64,000 nucleotides of DNA from an uncultured Candidatus Saccharibacteria bacterium (lineage in GTDB: Bacteria > Patescibacteriota > Minisyncoccia > Phycocordibacterales > UBA2100): assembly GCA_964623775.1 (NCBI GenBank), contig CAZUVH010000001.1, positions 155,745-219,744 of the forward strand. The letters run 5' to 3'. A model generated the notes under the pieces. That model saw only the letters and a list, made by a program, of their open reading frames with translations, was not told the origin of the DNA and made no database searches. The translations under genes and the position numbers were made by a program. Positions 62,426 through 64,000 of the stretch are shown here, in pieces (within the stretch, counting starts at the first letter, position 1; each line of letters starts with the position of its first letter).

Positions 62426-64000
62426 TTACGCACGATTCGGCAGGAAATCTTCCCACGGGAACGGATTCCCAGAGGTCAGAAAATCCTGCATCGTTTTCGG
62501 CGTAAGGTGCTTCACCACGATCGGCGCTCGATCCTGGCCATCCACCGGATAGCCGATGAAGGTCAGGCCGCTGTTGTTCTCGGGGAGACCACCAGCGATG
62601 TCGGCAAAGGCGTCAGTGTGGGTCGCAGAGGAGCCCATCACAAACGTGTCATTGCCGGCATGTGCCATGCCGAAGAAGTGCTTGTCGCCAGTTTTGTGGA
62701 CGATCGGGATCTTACGGAAGATCGTCGAAACGTCACCACGCTGACGATTCACCTGGACCCAGCCGTGGAGGAGGTCATACCAGCTATCGCGTTTGGGCGG
62801 CGTGCCAGCGATGTGGAGGCCCCACTTGGGACCACTCTCACCGATCTGGAGCGTGCCAAAACCGATCGACTGGTCCTGGAACATCGGACCACAGATCATC
62901 TTGTTGAGATCGAGCCCCTTCAGGTCAGGGTCATTACGGAGCGCGACACGAAGCCGGTCTGCAATGATCTCACCTTCGAAGGCGTTGCCCTCGAGCGTCT
63001 TGGTCGCGTGGTTGCCGGAGCCAATATTGATGACACCGACGTCCCGCGCATCCTTGGCATAGCCGCTGTAGTGGCTGATGCCGCGCACGATTACATCAGA
63101 ATCCTTCGCACGGAGCAGCATGCCCTTGAAGACGTGCTGATACCGGTCGAGGACAGTGTAGAGCTCCTTGAGCTGCGTGCCCCAGTGATGGGGCGGATGG
63201 AACATACCAAGCTGATACATGTATTCGCGGAGGAGTTTCTCCTTCGCGGCTTCACGATCCTTGGCGTTGCTCCCCTCAATCTTCTTCAGCTCATCCTGAG
63301 TCTGGAACAAGAGCTCAGCGCCAGTGCGCTGATTATGGTGCGGACGCAAGTGCGTACCGAAGTGGTTGCCCTGCGTGGCGTCGTCGGCGACAGTGACGCC
63401 AAAGACGTGCGCGCGGCCATTTCGATCCATACCGGACCGCGACATGAGCTCGAAACCCGCTTCGAAAATGCCGATCGGCACTCCCTCGCGGGTACGGAGC
63501 CAGTTGCGATTCGCCGCACCGAGATGCGGATCGGTCCAGAGCGCTTCGTACACATACTTGGGCGGAGTGCGGCTGACTTTGGGCTGACCGTTGTAGCGGA
63601 CAGTCTCGGTCATGAGCATCTCAGCGTTGGGCATAAAACGATTGTCGAGCGAGATCGTCGACATGCCACCCTGGAACATTTCGTCCTTCACCGCGGAGAC
63701 CACGGGCATCCTGGCATCAAAGCCTTCGAGAGCCTCGAGGATCGGGAACTGATCAACGAGGATCGGGGCTTCGAAGAAGCTGGCAGTGCCGAGCAGTTTG
63801 CCCTCGATCTTATAGTTCTCGCGCGAACCCTTACGCGGATACACCGCGCCGGGCTGCATCGAGACCGTCAGATCGGCGAGCTCATCCCTGCGCTGATCCG
63901 GTCCATAGCTTTTCAGCCGTTTGATGTGGACCGACTTTTGCGCCGAGATGAAATGCACAATGTGATGGTTGCTGCCGAAGCGCACGAATGCGCCACCGCT
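62426..64000 (-). CDS. large conserved enzyme of unknown family (N-terminus beyond right edge)
   Basis: More than 524 aa, open past 64000. His-rich motifs NHFGTHLRPHH and HPPHHWGTQ. A terminator at 62397-62421 follows its stop. Confidence 0.5.
   Translation of the reverse strand, partial: SGGAFVRFGSNHHIVHFISAQKSVHIKRLKSYGPDQRRDELADLTVSMQPGAVYPRKGSRENYKIEGKLLGTASFFEAPILVDQFPILEALEGFDARMPVVSAVKDEMFQGGMSTISLDNRFMPNAEMLMTETVRYNGQPKVSRTPPKYVYEALWTDPHLGAANRNWLRTREGVPIGIFEAGFELMSRSGMDRNGRAHVFGVTVADDATQGNHFGTHLRPHHNQRTGAELLFQTQDELKKIEGSNAKDREAAKEKLLREYMYQLGMFHPPHHWGTQLKELYTVLDRYQHVFKGMLLRAKDSDVIVRGISHYSGYAKDARDVGVINIGSGNHATKTLEGNAFEGEIIADRLRVALRNDPDLKGLDLNKMICGPMFQDQSIGFGTLQIGESGPKWGLHIAGTPPKRDSWYDLLHGWVQVNRQRGDVSTIFRKIPIVHKTGDKHFFGMAHAGNDTFVMGSSATHTDAFADIAGGLPENNSGLTFIGYPVDGQDRAPIVVKHLTPKTMQDFLTSGNPFPWEDFLPNRA

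Overview
This ~64 kb window is a chromosomal segment of a moderately GC-rich bacterium (about 55-60% GC with several AT-rich patches). Many small hypothetical proteins with strong GGAGG-type ribosome-binding sites, unlinked rRNA genes and a divergent 16S suggest a small-genome lineage such as CPR/Patescibacteria; that lineage call is inference.

Housekeeping genes on the + strand:
- The 3' end of a PIF1/RecD-like helicase gene
- ileS, recO-like, glyQS, an AI-2E transporter and metG
- tatD
- rpsF-ssb-rpsR
- A cyclophilin PPIase and an S1C protease
- rplJ-rplL
- A sugar-1-phosphate nucleotidyltransferase
- A SEDS (FtsW/RodA) gene, a polyprenyl-phosphate sugar transferase and an SDR epimerase
- folD and secD-secF
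- A BTLCP (LapG-like) protease
- A DEDD exonuclease

Housekeeping genes on the - strand:
- efp, recA and ftsK
- A GT4 glycosyltransferase
- An ornithine/lysine-decarboxylase-like PLP enzyme
- tadA
- A large enzyme of unknown family that runs off the right edge

RNA genes:
- A 23S-5S unit at 35.9-39.0 kb with its own TTGACA-17-TATACT promoter and a post-5S terminator
- A separate 16S unit 14.5 kb downstream (53.6-55.0 kb) with its own TTGACT-17-TATACT promoter and terminator
- tRNA-Ile(GAT) at 59945-60019, followed by a decayed partial copy of its 3' half

There are many intrinsic terminators. No transposase, integrase, CRISPR array or classical defence genes were recognised.

The most unusual spots:
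- The unlinked rRNA organisation, and a 16S 3' end that apparently lacks CCUCC although the genes carry strong SDs
- A low-GC trio of Pol-beta nucleotidyltransferase, small protein and HD hydrolase beside metG
- An adjacent pair of a nucleoside 2-deoxyribosyltransferase-like protein and a 2OG-Fe(II)-oxygenase-like protein
- A giant T/S/G-rich surface protein with a peptidoglycan-binding domain behind a 740-bp AT-rich leader
- A cluster of DnaA-box-like motifs with a 22-bp inverted repeat upstream of secD
- A promoter-to-terminator unit that looks like a small RNA just upstream of the 23S leader
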